A DNA stretch of 64,000 nucleotides from Candidatus Poribacteria bacterium (GCA_965208325.1 OZ242326.1:2176001-2240000); one strand, 5' to 3'; numbered from the stretch's first letter, positions 26,951 to 38,600 are shown. Translations and numbers: made by a program. Notes: generated from the letters alone by a model not told the origin.

Positions 26951-29032
26951 TCACTTCGAGTCCAACTGGCTTTTAAATTCCGCGAGATTCGTGGTAGGCG
27001 ATTTACAGGCGTAATTTTCGCAGACATAGACGGTTGTTTCGCCGTTGATTTGTCGCTTGTATTCAAGGAGTGGGATGAGCGCCTCAGTCTCGTGAGCCTT
27101 CTCATCCGTATCGTCCAACATCGCCATGACCTTGTTCGGGATAAACCGGCTGTGAATGGTATGCAAGACTCTCTTCGCGCCCTCGCTGTTCAGCTTCCCG
27201 GCAATCGCTATTTCCTTGGGGATTGAATGCAGAAAATCGAGTTCGCACAGCAGTTGAGCAGAACCGCTTGGCGCCGATTTCATCTGATGCGAATAGAGAT
27301 TCAATGCCGTTTGCGCGTTTTCCCTCAGATTGGGTTGATTGAGCAACTTCGAAAGCCGAAGTAAACAGTGGATGGCGATCGAGGTGCCGGACGGCGTAGC
27401 GCCATCGTATGCCGATTTGGACCGGACAATCAGCGATTCGTGCCCCTTGCTGGTGTAGAAAAAACCGCCCTTAGCGTCATCCCAGAACTGTTCGATCATC
27501 GTCTCATTGAGTCGTTGGGCGTTTTTGAGCCAGTGAGGATTGAAGGTCGCCTCGTATAAATTGATTAAGCCGGCGATGAAATACGAATAATCTTCGAGAT
27601 AAGCGTTCAGATGGCTTTTACCGGCGCGATGGGTTCGCAGCAGCCCGTTATCCTGTGACAGTTCGGTCAACACAAAATTGGCTGAAGCTTCCGCAGCTTC
27701 AAGAAAGCGGCTATGTCCAAGGATTTGATATCCTGATGCCATACTCCGAACCATCAAACCGTTCCAGCTCGTGAGGATTTTGTCGTCCAGGCCGGGCTTT
27801 ATGCGCTGCTCGCGCACTTCAAACAGCTTCCGCTTCCCTTCGGTGAGAATCGTCTCCAACCCGCCCAAATCCATTCCCAGTTTCTTTGCGAAGATGTCCG
27901 GCGGGGTCTGAACGTGAAGGATGTTCTCGCCTTCAAAATTACCGGGTTCCGTAATATCGTAATATTCACAGAAAATCTTCGCGTGCTCCGCCTCAAGTAA
28001 ATCTTCAACTTCGTCGGGCGTCCAAACGAAAAACTTGCCTTCGACGCCCTCGCTGTCCGCATCTTGCGTCGAGTAAAACCCGCCTGTCGCCGGGTTGTAC
28101 ATCTCTCGCAAGACGTAGTCGAGCGTGTCTTCAGCAATGCTGGCGTAAAACGACTCGCCGGTCGCCTGATATGTTTCCAGATAGATTGCCGTAAGCAGTG
28201 CGTTGTCGTACAGCATCTTCTCAAAGTGTGGGACGAGCCAAGTTTCGTCGGTCGAATAGCGGTGGAATCCCCCGCCAATCTGATCATACATTCCGCCCTG
28301 CGCCATTTTTTGCAGCGTTAGTTCGACCATTTCTAGCGCGTTCTGATTACCGGTGCGGTGCCAGTAACGCAGCAGGAAAGCGAGTCCCATGCTCGGCGGG
28401 AATTTGGGCGCACTTCCAAATCCGCCGTGCCGCGAATCAAACCGCGACCGATAATCTTGATAAGCACGGTCGAATACATCGGTGTTTAGGGGCTGACCGC
28501 CCGCCTGCGTCTCCGATAGTTGATGCAAGCGTTCGGTGATTCGATTTGCTTGTTCAACAATGCTCTCGTGACGTTCGCGGTACGCCTCAATTACACCAAG
28601 CAGCACACGCGGGAAACCGGGGCGTCCGTATCGATCATCAGGGGGGAAGTAGGTGCCGCCGTAAAAGGGTTTCAAATCCGGTGCAAGAAACATGGTCATC
28701 GGCCAACCGCCGGATCCCGTGAGCATCTGGACGGCGTTCATGTAGATTTCATCAAGATCTGGACGTTCCTCGCGGTCCACCTTGATGTTGATAAAATGTT
28801 CGTTCATGATTGAGGCGATTTGCTCGTTCTCAAAGGATTCGTGCTCCATCACGTGGCACCAATGGCATGCAGCATAACCAACGCTCAAGAGTATCGGCTT
28901 GTTCTCACGCCTCGCGAGCACCAATGCCTCTTCTCCCCACGGATACCAATCGACAGGGTTGTGAGCGTGTTGCAGGAGGTACGGGCTCGTCTCGTTAATG
29001 AGCCGATTTGTATGTTTCGGGTTTTCAGACAT
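26951..29032 (-). CDS. YyaL/SSP411 thioredoxin-domain protein
   Basis: [58 protein letters not shown]. Confidence 0.93.
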   Translation of the reverse strand: MSENPKHTNRLINETSPYLLQHAHNPVDWYPWGEEALVLARRENKPILLSVGYAACHWCHVMEHESFENEQIASIMNEHFINIKVDREERPDLDEIYMNAVQMLTGSGGWPMTMFLAPDLKPFYGGTYFPPDDRYGRPGFPRVLLGVIEAYRERHESIVEQANRITERLHQLSETQAGGQPLNTDVFDRAYQDYRSRFDSRHGGFGSAPKFPPSMGLAFLLRYWHRTGNQNALEMVELTLQKMAQGGMYDQIGGGFHRYSTDETWLVPHFEKMLYDNALLTAIYLETYQATGESFYASIAEDTLDYVLREMYNPATGGFYSTQDADSEGVEGKFFVWTPDEVEDLLEAEHAKIFCEYYDITEPGNFEGENILHVQTPPDIFAKKLGMDLGGLETILTEGKRKLFEVREQRIKPGLDDKILTSWNGLMVRSMASGYQILGHSRFLEAAEASANFVLTELSQDNGLLRTHRAGKSHLNAYLEDYSYFIAGLINLYEATFNPHWLKNAQRLNETMIEQFWDDAKGGFFYTSKGHESLIVRSKSAYDGATPSGTSIAIHCLLRLSKLLNQPNLRENAQTALNLYSHQMKSAPSGSAQLLCELDFLHSIPKEIAIAGKLNSEGAKRVLHTIHSRFIPNKVMAMLDDTDEKAHETEALIPLLEYKRQINGETTVYVCENYACKSPTTNLAEFKSQLDSK

Positions 29033-29045
29033 TCATTTCCCTCTC

Positions 29046-29999
29046 TTAGGGTGCCGCGATGCCGCCGCTGCTGCCAGTTTTTAGGACGACATAGCTCCTA
29101 TATCGAACCGGGCTAATCTCGCCCGCATTGACAGCCTCGGTTACCGCACAATCTGGCTCATTAAGATGGATGCAATCGTTGTATTTGCATTCACCAAGGT
29201 AGGAGTCCATTTCCGGAAAATAGAGGTCAAGGTCTTCCGTATCAACGCCCCACAGACCGACCTCTCGAATGCCCGGCGTGTCCGCCACTTCGCCGCCATT
29301 TTCCAAGGAAAAAAGTTCAACAAGCGTTGTGGTATGGCGTCCTTTACCAGTTTTCAACCCGACTTCACCAATGGGCAAGGCGAGTCTCGGTTGTACCGCG
29401 TTAAGGAGGCTCGACTTTCCTACCCCAGACGCCCCGACGATGACACTGAACTTATCGGATAATACACCTTGGAGACGATCAATCCCTTCACCATCTGTAA
29501 CGCTAGTATAGATTACCCGATAGCCGAGACGTTCGTAGACGTTCAACATTGAGGTTACCCTACCCTTTTCCACCGTGTCAATAAGGTCCATTTTATTTAG
29601 ACAAACTACCGCCTCCATCTGCCCCGCTTCGGCTAAAATAAGGAATCGATCGAGCGTTCTGTAGTTAAGGTCCGGCAGGCGGGTTGAAACAACAGCCACC
29701 ACCTGATCAGCGTTGGCAACGACGATTTGCTCGATTGTGTCTCGCTTGCCTGGGTGGCGGCGCGATAGTTTAGTCCGCCGCGGCAGGATGTCTTCGATAA
29801 CACCCCTGTCCTCGTCAAGACGTTCCACCACTACGTCATCGCCAACTGCAACAGGGTCGGCATAGATTTGCTTGCCCTGCTCCGATCGCCGTTCTCGCTT
29901 GACACGCCCGCGCAGCGTACAGCGAAGTACGCTGCCGCCAAGCTGGACATCGTAAAAACTCGTTCGGGCGCGAATGACTCTTCCTTGACCGTGGTCCAT
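29046..29999 (-). CDS. rsgA: Ribosome small subunit-dependent GTPase A
   Basis: Circularly permuted G motifs NKMD, GASGVGKSS, GRHTT, DTPG; Zn finger CKYNDCIHLNEPDC; start codon uncertain. Confidence 0.93.
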   Translation of the reverse strand: MDHGQGRVIRARTSFYDVQLGGSVLRCTLRGRVKRERRSEQGKQIYADPVAVGDDVVVERLDEDRGVIEDILPRRTKLSRRHPGKRDTIEQIVVANADQVVAVVSTRLPDLNYRTLDRFLILAEAGQMEAVVCLNKMDLIDTVEKGRVTSMLNVYERLGYRVIYTSVTDGEGIDRLQGVLSDKFSVIVGASGVGKSSLLNAVQPRLALPIGEVGLKTGKGRHTTTLVELFSLENGGEVADTPGIREVGLWGVDTEDLDLYFPEMDSYLGECKYNDCIHLNEPDCAVTEAVNAGEISPVRYRSYVVLKTGSSGGIAAP

Positions 30000-30067
30000 A
30001 TAAACCCGTCTGCCTTGACGCTCCAGTCTTCCTACGAACACGGGAGCTAGTGCGAACCCTTAGCGCA

Positions 30068-30457
30068 CTAACAGGGAATTACCCAATGCAGGACAGTGTC
30101 GATAAGCGAAATTAGAAGGGCAGCTATTATGGTGTTGAAGAAGCCCTTTACTTCGAACCCTTTGATTATCTTCGCCGTAATCCAGAGGAGAAAAGCGTTT
30201 ATGACAAAATAGAACAGACCGAGCGTCAGAACAAACAGCGGCAACGTTAGCAAAATAAAAATCTTGGTAAACACCGTTTTCAATATTCCGTAAACGAGCG
30301 CTACGACGATTGCCGTGGCGAAGTTCTTGACACGGATAGACGGTAAGATATGGGTAGCGACAAAGACCGATACGCTGAGGATTAAGAGTTCAATTATCCA
30401 GTGAATTATGGGGCTATAATCAGGCAATCTCGATTTCCCTTTCCCTTTCGTGGACAA
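30068..30457 (-). CDS. Phage holin family (YvlD/DUF360-like) membrane protein
   Basis: Four TM helices; LLTLPLFVLTLGLFYFVINA, GFEVKGF. Confidence 0.85.
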   Translation of the reverse strand: MSTKGKGKSRLPDYSPIIHWIIELLILSVSVFVATHILPSIRVKNFATAIVVALVYGILKTVFTKIFILLTLPLFVLTLGLFYFVINAFLLWITAKIIKGFEVKGFFNTIIAALLISLIDTVLHWVIPC

Positions 30458-30480
30458 AAAGGCGCCCTTGACCGTATTCC

Positions 30481-31284
30481 TTACTTCCCGAACCGCCGCT
30501 GCCGTTGGCTATAGTCACGAATTGCGCGGAGAAAGTCAATCTTCCTAAATGCGGGCCAATACGTATCGCAGAAGTAGTATTCTGAATACACGCTTTGCCA
30601 AAGCAAAAACCCAGATAGTCGTACCTCTCCACTGGTTCGGATAATCAGGTCGGGATCCGGCAATTCGGACGTGTAGAGGTGCGGGCTAATCTTTTCGACA
30701 CTGAGTTCATCCGTAATTTCGGCGGGTTCACGCCCTTTCGCAAGTTCGGATTGTAGATGGCTGCGGACGGCTTCGACAATTTCTTCACGCCCGCCGTAAG
30801 CGACAGCTACGTTCAAAATAAATTTGTCGTAATGCTTTGTTGCCTTCTCCGCAGCGTGAATTGCGTCTTGAAGGCTCTGCGGCAGCAGTTCAACTTGTCC
30901 CATGGATCGAATCTTAATCTGGTTGGTGTGCAGCCCTTCAATCGTCACAACTTCGCGCATCTTCTTTTCAATGAGATCTAAAATCTCAGTGACTTCGGAT
31001 TGATCGCGCTTGAAATTGTCGAGAGAGAAAATCCAGATGGAGACAATCTTGACGCCCAACTCATCACACCAATGGAGCATCTCTTCCAGTTTGTGAGCGC
31101 CGTCATAATGTCCTTTGATGCTATCCATAAAGCCCTGCTTTTTCGCATAACGGCGATTACCATCAAGAATAATACCGATGTGGTGGGGAATATGCCAATG
31201 GCTGGTTTTCTGCTCAAGACGCTTTTGGTAAACCGCGTAGAAGAATTTTCTGAGAGGATTTTTTATAATCTGCAATGGTTGCAT
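30481..31284 (-). CDS. uppS: cis-prenyltransferase (UppS family, possibly short-chain Z-isoprenyl type)
   Basis: HIGIILDGNRRYA, FSLDNFKR, AYGGREEI, PDLIIRTSGEVRLSGFLLWQ, QRRFGK. Confidence 0.88.
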   Translation of the reverse strand: MQPLQIIKNPLRKFFYAVYQKRLEQKTSHWHIPHHIGIILDGNRRYAKKQGFMDSIKGHYDGAHKLEEMLHWCDELGVKIVSIWIFSLDNFKRDQSEVTEILDLIEKKMREVVTIEGLHTNQIKIRSMGQVELLPQSLQDAIHAAEKATKHYDKFILNVAVAYGGREEIVEAVRSHLQSELAKGREPAEITDELSVEKISPHLYTSELPDPDLIIRTSGEVRLSGFLLWQSVYSEYYFCDTYWPAFRKIDFLRAIRDYSQRQRRFGK

Positions 31285-31589
31285 GTTGAGACCTCGAAAA
31301 GATAGTTCATTTTGATTATACCACACAACACAAGATGAGAAAAAGCCAAAACCATTGATGCTGTTAAATCCAATAATTGTACGGACATCTTTTGATATCA
31401 GTGTAAAGTCCGCTCACAGGAGGCATAGTCTTCGCGCTAATCGTATTTAAAGAACCACGTTATTTGCACATACCCGTTTCGTTTTACTTTTGCGTTTCAG
31501 GTTAAACATGGTAAAATTATGCCGCCTCGTAACGTCCCAGTATTTGGGAAGATGATGCTTCGCAGCCATTTAAGAAAGGAAACGGGTGC

Positions 31590-32747
31590 ATGCCGGACGT
31601 TGTTGTTGGACATATTGAAAACCCAGAACGCCTTAAAGCTGTATTCTCTGAATTTGAACGGCATCATCCCGGCATCAAAATGGGGATGGGACAATTCGAA
31701 GCCGACGACAGTGAGCTTGCAACGGAGTATGGCGGCGTCCGATATATCTGGATTGACCAAGGAGCGGGCGAGGTCTATCTAGATTCAGGTTATCGGACGC
31801 AAGAGGGAGATGGCGAGCGATTGCCCCCAATTTACGTATCGGATCGATGTGATGATGAGAATTGGTCAATATTGCAAACATTGGCGGAAAACCTTGACAC
31901 ACTTCATGAAAGAATTAGACCGCCCGTTGAGGGCATATTAGACAGAATTGCGGAACGAACATTGGTTGGGGACATCGCCAACGAAATCTGGTTAATGGAG
32001 GAGAGCGGGGTCTCTCCCGAACAATGGTCGAGCCGACCGAAGGTGCGCCGTACCTTTGAACTTCTGCTGGAAAACTATTCTACATTCGGTTGGTCTACGA
32101 AACAGACGAGTTCTTTTGAACCGATCCAAGCAGGCGACCAACTCACCGTACTGGATGATGAACCGATTCGGGTGCGCGGGAAATTCTCTTATTGGTGGAT
32201 TGAGAACACGAATATCTTCATGACACACTTAACAACAGTTCGCCGCCTGCGCTATCTGCGTGATACGGCGGGCGGCTGCAACAGTACATCTGACGCTTTT
32301 CGCCGCTTAACCATGACATGGCATTGCAACACAGCAACCGCAGATGAGGCTGACGGCATCAATACGGTCAATAGCCATGTTGTCAACATTACTGCTCAGT
32401 CCTCGCGGACCCACTACCACCCAGCGATTCCGGTTGGCGGCGGTAAACCACAGCACGAAATCTACATGGCGCTCAACCCGAGCGCGTATTCGTTGAACAC
32501 TTACGGGCGCGATAGTTACCTACATGTCTTCCCCGATCTTACAAATCTCGCTGACCACAAACAGATACCGCTAACACCGGGTGCCGTCGTCTACATTCCG
32601 CCAGATACCGGACATCGCGCCGCGGATGCCTTTGTGAACGTCGTTACGCTGCCCGGCTTCAAGCCGCATAATGAGGTTGATTTAGATGCGCAAATCAAGG
32701 AGTCAACCAACGGGAGTGTTCCTTACAATGAGTATGTTCTTCACTAA
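31590..32747 (+). CDS. Hypothetical protein with a cupin-like C-terminal region
   Basis: 385-aa ORF; SRTHYHP...QHEIY and VYIPPDTGHRA resemble cupin motifs 1 and 2. Confidence 0.6.
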   Translation: MPDVVVGHIENPERLKAVFSEFERHHPGIKMGMGQFEADDSELATEYGGVRYIWIDQGAGEVYLDSGYRTQEGDGERLPPIYVSDRCDDENWSILQTLAENLDTLHERIRPPVEGILDRIAERTLVGDIANEIWLMEESGVSPEQWSSRPKVRRTFELLLENYSTFGWSTKQTSSFEPIQAGDQLTVLDDEPIRVRGKFSYWWIENTNIFMTHLTTVRRLRYLRDTAGGCNSTSDAFRRLTMTWHCNTATADEADGINTVNSHVVNITAQSSRTHYHPAIPVGGGKPQHEIYMALNPSAYSLNTYGRDSYLHVFPDLTNLADHKQIPLTPGAVVYIPPDTGHRAADAFVNVVTLPGFKPHNEVDLDAQIKESTNGSVPYNEYVLH

Positions 32748-32951
32748 CAAAGAACTAAATTGAAAAGTGGGCGGCAAGGCTACATTTTCGTTTGTGCGTC
32801 GAAATCATGGAATTTTTAAGGGCTTCACCCTTTCGATAAAGCTATAAACCGATTGGACAATTATGAGGCTATTCCGTCCACTTCTCCTTTAACCGCTCTA
32901 CGCCATTAGCAAAAATCTGTGGAGCATGCTTGAAATTCGGATAAACGGATA

Positions 32952-33773
32952 ATGGACGAGAAGATTTTTAAGTATTACGAGAAGGGCGAAGAGGCAGCTC
33001 GTCTCAGTGATGGATTCGACCGTGTGGAGTTTGAAAGAACGAAGGAAATCCTACTCAGATACCTGCCGCCGCCGCCCGCGAAGATTCTCGATGTTGGAGG
33101 CGGCGCCGGCGCCTATTCCTTCTGGTTAGCGGAAAAGTCCTACACAGTTCATCTGATTGACATTGTGCCCCTCCATGTGGAGCAGGCGAAAAATGCAGAC
33201 GGTGCGGCGCTTCTTGCCAGCATTGGTGAAGGAGACGCCAGAAAACTCGATTTCAAATCTGACTCTATGGATGTCGTGCTTCTACTCGGGCCGCTCTACC
33301 ATCTTCCACGCCGTTCGGATCGAATCCGGGCATTGAACGAAACTCACCGCGTCTTAAAAACCGGAGGTTTGGTGTTTTGCGCTGCCATTTCACGGTTCGC
33401 ATCTCTTCTTGGCGGCTTGGCTCAAGATTTCTTATCCGATCCAGAGTTTCGCAAAATCGCCCTGAAAGATGTAAAAGATGGAAATCACCTCAATCCGAAA
33501 GAGATTCCGGGTTACTTTACAACCGCATACTTTCACAGACCAGAAGAGTTAGCAGCGGAAATTCAGGAAGCAGGACTTAGCCATGTAAGCACATTGGGCT
33601 TAGAGGGGTCATCATGGCTGTTGGGAGATTTCGACGAGCGGTGGGCAGACCCCGCGCGAAAAGAGATTATTCTTGAAGTGTTACGCCTGATAGAAGACGA
33701 AAAAACACTTCTCGGTGTCAGTGCCCATCTTTTGGCAGTTGCCAAAAATGAAATAAGAACTGAAGCTATCTGA
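32952..33773 (+). CDS. Class I SAM-dependent methyltransferase
   Basis: ILDVGGGAGAYS, GDARKL, DVVLLLGPLYHL, RVLKTGG. Confidence 0.9.
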   Translation: MDEKIFKYYEKGEEAARLSDGFDRVEFERTKEILLRYLPPPPAKILDVGGGAGAYSFWLAEKSYTVHLIDIVPLHVEQAKNADGAALLASIGEGDARKLDFKSDSMDVVLLLGPLYHLPRRSDRIRALNETHRVLKTGGLVFCAAISRFASLLGGLAQDFLSDPEFRKIALKDVKDGNHLNPKEIPGYFTTAYFHRPEELAAEIQEAGLSHVSTLGLEGSSWLLGDFDERWADPARKEIILEVLRLIEDEKTLLGVSAHLLAVAKNEIRTEAI

Positions 33774-33809
33774 TTCAGTTGTCCTTCAATAGGAATCGAA
33801 GGTGTAACG

Positions 33810-34034
33810 ATGGATAAATGGTATATCAGCGTAACAGTTTTGAACGTACTCGCCCTCATTATGCTCATCGGATTTCTAGTGTACTTTTTTCAACCATCGG
33901 CGCTTGTTAAACGGTTAGGGCTTATCTTTTTCCTAACCGCGGGCACGTTGGTCATGGTTAGAGGTGTCGTAAAAATCACGATGGGCATGCAAAAAAGCGG
34001 GAGATTACGGATCCCATCGAAAAAAAGAGATTGA
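33810..34034 (+). CDS. Small two-TM hypothetical membrane protein
   Basis: Two hydrophobic segments, basic tail, GAAGGT RBS-like site; fills the gap between co-oriented genes. Confidence 0.55.
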   Translation: MDKWYISVTVLNVLALIMLIGFLVYFFQPSALVKRLGLIFFLTAGTLVMVRGVVKITMGMQKSGRLRIPSKKRD

Positions 34035-34095
34035 CCATCCCGCGTTGTAAACTATTTCTCAGTCGGGAAGTCATAATCATTATCGGAGGAAAATC

Positions 34096-35049
34096 ATGAA
34101 TGACAATCGAACGAAAGTGGCACTTACCCGAGAAGGAAATCGACGTGAAAATGTCTTCACCGCACTCGATTTGGTCCGCGGCGATGTCGTTCCCAAGTTG
34201 CGGGATCAGGTGATGTTGAAACCGAATTTCCTTTCGGGCGATTACCAGTTGGCGTCAACACACGTTGATGCCATCCGCGGCACAATTGATTTTTTGCTGA
34301 CGACCGCAGCGCCACCGCAGGAAATTATTGTGGCGGAAGGCGGCAACGAAGCGGTACCCGGAGAGGCGTTCGAGAATTTCGGTTATTACGCTTTAATTGA
34401 CGAATACCCCATCCCAATTCGGTTGGTCGATCTCAATCAGGAGGAGAATTGGGAGGAGACGCACATCCTTCTCGCGGATTGCAGTGAAGTCCCCGTGTAC
34501 ATGCCCAAAACCGTGTTGGATTGCCCGTGCACGATCTCCGTCGGTGTCGCAAAAACACACGATGTCTGTGTGGTTACACTTGCCCTTAAAAACATGATTA
34601 TGGGGACATTACGCAAACAGGACCGCGTCAAGATGCACGGCTTCTGCAGCCACGCGGAGCGAAAATTGCCCCGCGAGGCACAGACACTGAACATCAATCT
34701 GATTCGGTTGTCCCGATATCTGTGCCCCGACATCGCCGTTATTGACGGATACCTTGGGTTACAGGGAAACGGTCCTATTGGAACCGACGCCGTTGATTTC
34801 GGGATTGCTGTCGCAAGTGCAGACGTGTTTGCCGCCGACACCGTGATGGCGAAAGCGATGGGCTTTGATCCACTGCATCTTGGATTGATGCATTACGCCA
34901 ATGAGATGGGATATGGTACGGCTAATCTCAATAAAATCGATGTGTTGGGAACCCCGATCGAATCAGTGATCACGCCGTTCAAGCCGCATGAAACGGTGCA
35001 TCTCCAATTGCAATGGCATGAACCCGATGCGATGCGTTATTTGACATAA
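34096..35049 (+). CDS. DUF362 domain protein
   Basis: VMLKPNFL, KTHD..VTLALKNM, IDGYLGLQGNGP..., D.FAADTV.AKAMGFDP; GGAGG RBS. Confidence 0.85.
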   Translation: MNDNRTKVALTREGNRRENVFTALDLVRGDVVPKLRDQVMLKPNFLSGDYQLASTHVDAIRGTIDFLLTTAAPPQEIIVAEGGNEAVPGEAFENFGYYALIDEYPIPIRLVDLNQEENWEETHILLADCSEVPVYMPKTVLDCPCTISVGVAKTHDVCVVTLALKNMIMGTLRKQDRVKMHGFCSHAERKLPREAQTLNINLIRLSRYLCPDIAVIDGYLGLQGNGPIGTDAVDFGIAVASADVFAADTVMAKAMGFDPLHLGLMHYANEMGYGTANLNKIDVLGTPIESVITPFKPHETVHLQLQWHEPDAMRYLT

Positions 35050-35162
35050 AATGTGTGAGTACGTCGATTGGCTTGTTCAGGCGGCATAGGGACGGTCGAG
35101 CAGAACATCAGAGTAGGTGCGGAGGAATCACTTCGCACCCATCGCGTCGAGCTAGAAAAAAC

Positions 35163-35191
35163 TTGACATCTTATCAATCGTTTGTTAACAT
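35163..35191 (+). promoter_or_regulatory. Sigma70-type promoter for the ileS leader
   Basis: TTGACA-17 bp-TAACAT with extended TG. Confidence 0.7.
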
Positions 35192-35234
35192 AGTGTTATA
35201 GTTTGCCGCGACTTCAGATGGAGAGATTTGGACT

Positions 35235-35375
35235 GTGTCACATTCATTATCACGCGCCGCTGTGGACAATACGCATAATAGAGGCATACCCGCTGTACCT
35301 TTCGTGTCTGCCTTGATTCCCATAATCGACGTCATTTGCGCGTCTTACTGTGGTGGGCTGATAAAAACGACCTAA
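35235..35375 (+). promoter_or_regulatory. Candidate Ile-sensing leader peptide (46 aa) with antiterminator segment
   Basis: GGAGAG-GTG start; ...LIPIIDVI... (4 Ile codons within 7); TGGTGGGC at 35351-35358 is complementary to the terminator 5' arm. Confidence 0.5.
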
Positions 35376-35406
35376 ATTCGGTTCCGCAATCATAATTATA
35401 CATAAT

Positions 35407-35449
35407 GCCCATCATCGAAACAGGCTTCGATGGTGGGCGTTTTTATTTT
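35407..35449 (+). terminator. Intrinsic terminator in the ileS leader
   Basis: 13-bp stem GCCCATCATCGAA/TTCGATGGTGGGC followed by GTTTTTATTTT. Confidence 0.8.
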
Positions 35450-35498
35450 CGGTGAATATCTGTCATAGCCATTACCATCCATGTGTGCACACGCCGCG

Positions 35499-35566
35499 TT
35501 AGGTGCGGATTCCAACCGCACCTATGGACTGGATGAATACCGGTTCGGTTAAGAAACCGAACCTGC
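35499..35566. repeat. REP doublet (GGTGCGG/GGTTCGG type); related single copy at 35113-35140
   Basis: TAGGTGCGGATTCCAACCGCACCTA ... GGTTCGGTTAAGAAACCGAACCTGC hairpins. Confidence 0.65.
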
Positions 35567-35652
35567 CGCAGTGTATAAATCTTCATAGGATTCACTATAG
35601 CTTTTGGAAGGTTTTGGACGCTCCAACGGTTTGCGTTAGGGAGGAAGAGCGT

Positions 35653-38600
35653 ATGTTTAAGGAAGTACCCAACACAGTCGATTTTATCGCGCAGGAACAC
35701 CAAGTGCTTGAGTTCTGGCGCGACAGCGACGCGTTTAATAAGCTCAAAGCGTTAAGACAAGACGGACCGCGCTGGAGTTTCATTGATGGTCCAATTACAG
35801 CCAACAATCCGATGGGGGTTCACCACGCTTGGGGACGCACCTATAAAGATCTCTACCACCGTTTCAAGGCGATGCAAGGTTACCAAACGCGCTATCAAAA
35901 CGGGTTTGATTGCCAAGGGCTTTGGGTTGAGGTCAATGTCGAGCGTGAAATTGGATTTAAGAGTAAAAAGGATATTGAATCCTACGGGCTGGCGGAGTTT
36001 GTCAACGCTTGCAAGCAGACGGTGCTTCGATACGCCGCAACGCAGACTGAGCAGTCGATTCGGTTGGGTTACTGGATGGAGTGGGATGACCCGCAGCAGT
36101 TACGGTATCTGGAAGCGAAGATGGCTGAAGACCCATCGGCAATTGTCACGGTAGAAGCACCGAACGGTTCCGTCACCGACACAGCGGAACAGCTCGTCGG
36201 ACGGTTGGGTATGCCGCAGTTGGGCGGATCTTACTTCACTTTTTCAGATGAAAACAATTACACGATTTGGTCGATGCTCAAGAGTTGTTTCGATCGCGGT
36301 TGGATTTACAAGGGTACAGATGTCATGCCTTGGTGCACGCGATGTGATACGGGCATCAGCCAACACGAGATTGTGACTGACGGATACCGGGAGTTGAGCC
36401 ATAAAAGCATTTTCCTGCGCTTTCCGCTGCGCAACCGCCCCGATGAAAGCCTGTTAGTTTGGACGACGACGCCGTGGACACTGACTAGCAACGTAGCGGC
36501 AGCCGTGCATCCCGATCTCAGCTACGTCCTCGTTGAACAAAATGGACAACGCATGTGGCTGGGCAAAGGGGCTTTGGAGAACGCCATTCGAGGACCGTTT
36601 CACGTGCTTGAAGAAAAATTGGGTGCTGCGTTAGAGGGTTGGACCTATGACGGCCCATTTGACGAGTTGCCCGCCCAACAAACCGCAGGCGCAGCCGCCC
36701 AACACCGCATCGTGCTGTGGGACGAAGTGGGAAAAGCCGAGGGAACGGGAATCGTTCATGTAGCGCCGGGGTGCGGAGCAGAGGACTTTGAGCTGAGCAA
36801 AGTCCAGAATCTGGCAGTCATTGCGCCGTTGGAGGCGGGAGGAATCTATGGAGAAGGGTTCGATTGGTTGACGGGCCGGTATGTACATACCGTCACCGAA
36901 GAAATTTTCGAAAATCTGAATCAGAAGGGTATTGTGTATCGCCTGGAGGACTATACGCACCGTTATCCGGTGTGTTGGCGATGCGAAGAGGAACTCGTTT
37001 TCCGATTGGTAGACGAATGGTATATCTCAATGGGTGAGCAATTCGACAAACCCTATGAGGAGATTGCCGAAGCGGAAAAGCGGCAAAATTTACGCTACCA
37101 GATGATGGAGGTTGTCCTAAACCAAACCAACTGGTATCCCGCGTTTGGACGCGCACGCGAACTTGATTGGCTGCGCAATATGCACGACTGGATGATTTCC
37201 AAGAAGCGCTACTGGGGTCTAGCGCTTCCAATCTACGAATGCGGCGAATGCAGCCACTTCCATGTCATCGGGAGTCGCGAGGAATTGAAGGAACGCGCCG
37301 TTGATGGCTGGGAACTGTTTGAGGGGCATACGCCGCACCGCCCCTGGATTGATGCCGTGAAAATCGCATGCCCACAGTGCAGTGCGCCGGTTTCACGGAT
37401 TCAAGATGTAGGCAACCCGTGGTTGGACGCGGGCATCGTCACCTTCAGCACGCTTCAGTACCGCACCGACAGAGACTACTGGCAGAAGTGGTTTCCCGCG
37501 GATTTAATCAGTGAAAGTTTTCCGGGCCAATTTCGCAACTGGTTCTACTCGCTAATCGCCATGAGCACTGTCATGGCAAAACATGCACCCTTCAGGCATA
37601 TCTTCACTTACGCAACACTGTTTGGCGAAGACGGGAAACCGATGCACAAGTCCTCGCCCAATGTAATCTGGTTCGATGAGGCGGCGGAGAAGATGGGAGT
37701 GGACGTGATGCGTTGGATGTATTGCGTCGCGAAACCGGAGCAAAATCTACTTTTTGGTTATAAACGAGCGGACGAGGTTCGGCGCCAGTGCTTGATACCG
37801 TTGTGGAACTTGTATAGCTTCCTCGTCACTTATGCGAATCTTGACGGGTGGCAGCCAGACAGCAAGCTCTGGGCGGCGTATGCGGACAACCTGCACCGTA
37901 ATACTTTGGATCGCTGGATATTATCGCGGCTACAGGTAACGGTCCGCGAAGTAACCGACGGACTAGAGACGTTTGAGCCGGATAAAGCCTGCCGCGCGAT
38001 TGAGCGTTTTCTTGACGATTTATCAAATTGGTATGTGCGGCGAAGCCGCCGCCGCTTCTGGAAGTCGGAGGCGGATGCGGACAAACAGTCCGCATACCGG
38101 ACGCTCTACAGCGTTATGGTAACCTTCACACATCTGCTAGCGCCGTTCGTCCCTTTCGTCACAGAGTCAATCTATCAAAACTTGGTACGCCGAGTTGATC
38201 CGACAGCGCCGGAATCGGTACACCATGTCAATTGGCCGCAACCGCACGAAGCGTTGCTGGATGAATCCCTCATTAAGGCGATGGGAACAACCCGCACGGT
38301 GGTGACATTGGGGCTTGCCGCCCGCGCCTCTGCGAACCTGAAAGTTCGGCAACCGCTGAGCCGCGCCTTAGTTTCCCTACCCGACAGACAGAAGTTAGAC
38401 GATGAGATGATTGTGTTGATTACGGACGAACTCAACGTGAAGTCCGTGGAGTTTGTGGACGATGCCAATCAACTGCTACGATACCGTCTGCTGCCGGATA
38501 ACCGCATACTGGGACCGCGGTTTGGGGCGCGCTTCCCGGCGGTGAGGCGAGCGCTGGATGAGTTAAGCGACCAGGATACAACGGAAGCCGTGCGGCAGTT

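Noticed and set aside
30068..30457. Prophage, suggested by the 'phage holin family' gene
   Set aside because: This 4-TM family is common in chromosomes; it is flanked by uppS and rsgA with no phage genes.
35389..35400. ATC-ATA-ATT-ATA (four consecutive Ile codons) just before the ileS leader terminator
   Set aside because: That frame has a TAA at 35362 and no start codon before the run, so it cannot be the leader peptide unless by frameshift or re-initiation.
35200..35449. T-box riboswitch for ileS
   Set aside because: No convincing T-box sequence (AGGGTGGNACCGCG-like) or Stem I motifs by eye; a covariance search is needed to exclude it fully.
35503..35652. 50-aa N-terminal extension of IleRS in the ORF track
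   Set aside because: It runs through a REP doublet; the RBS and homology support ATG 35653.
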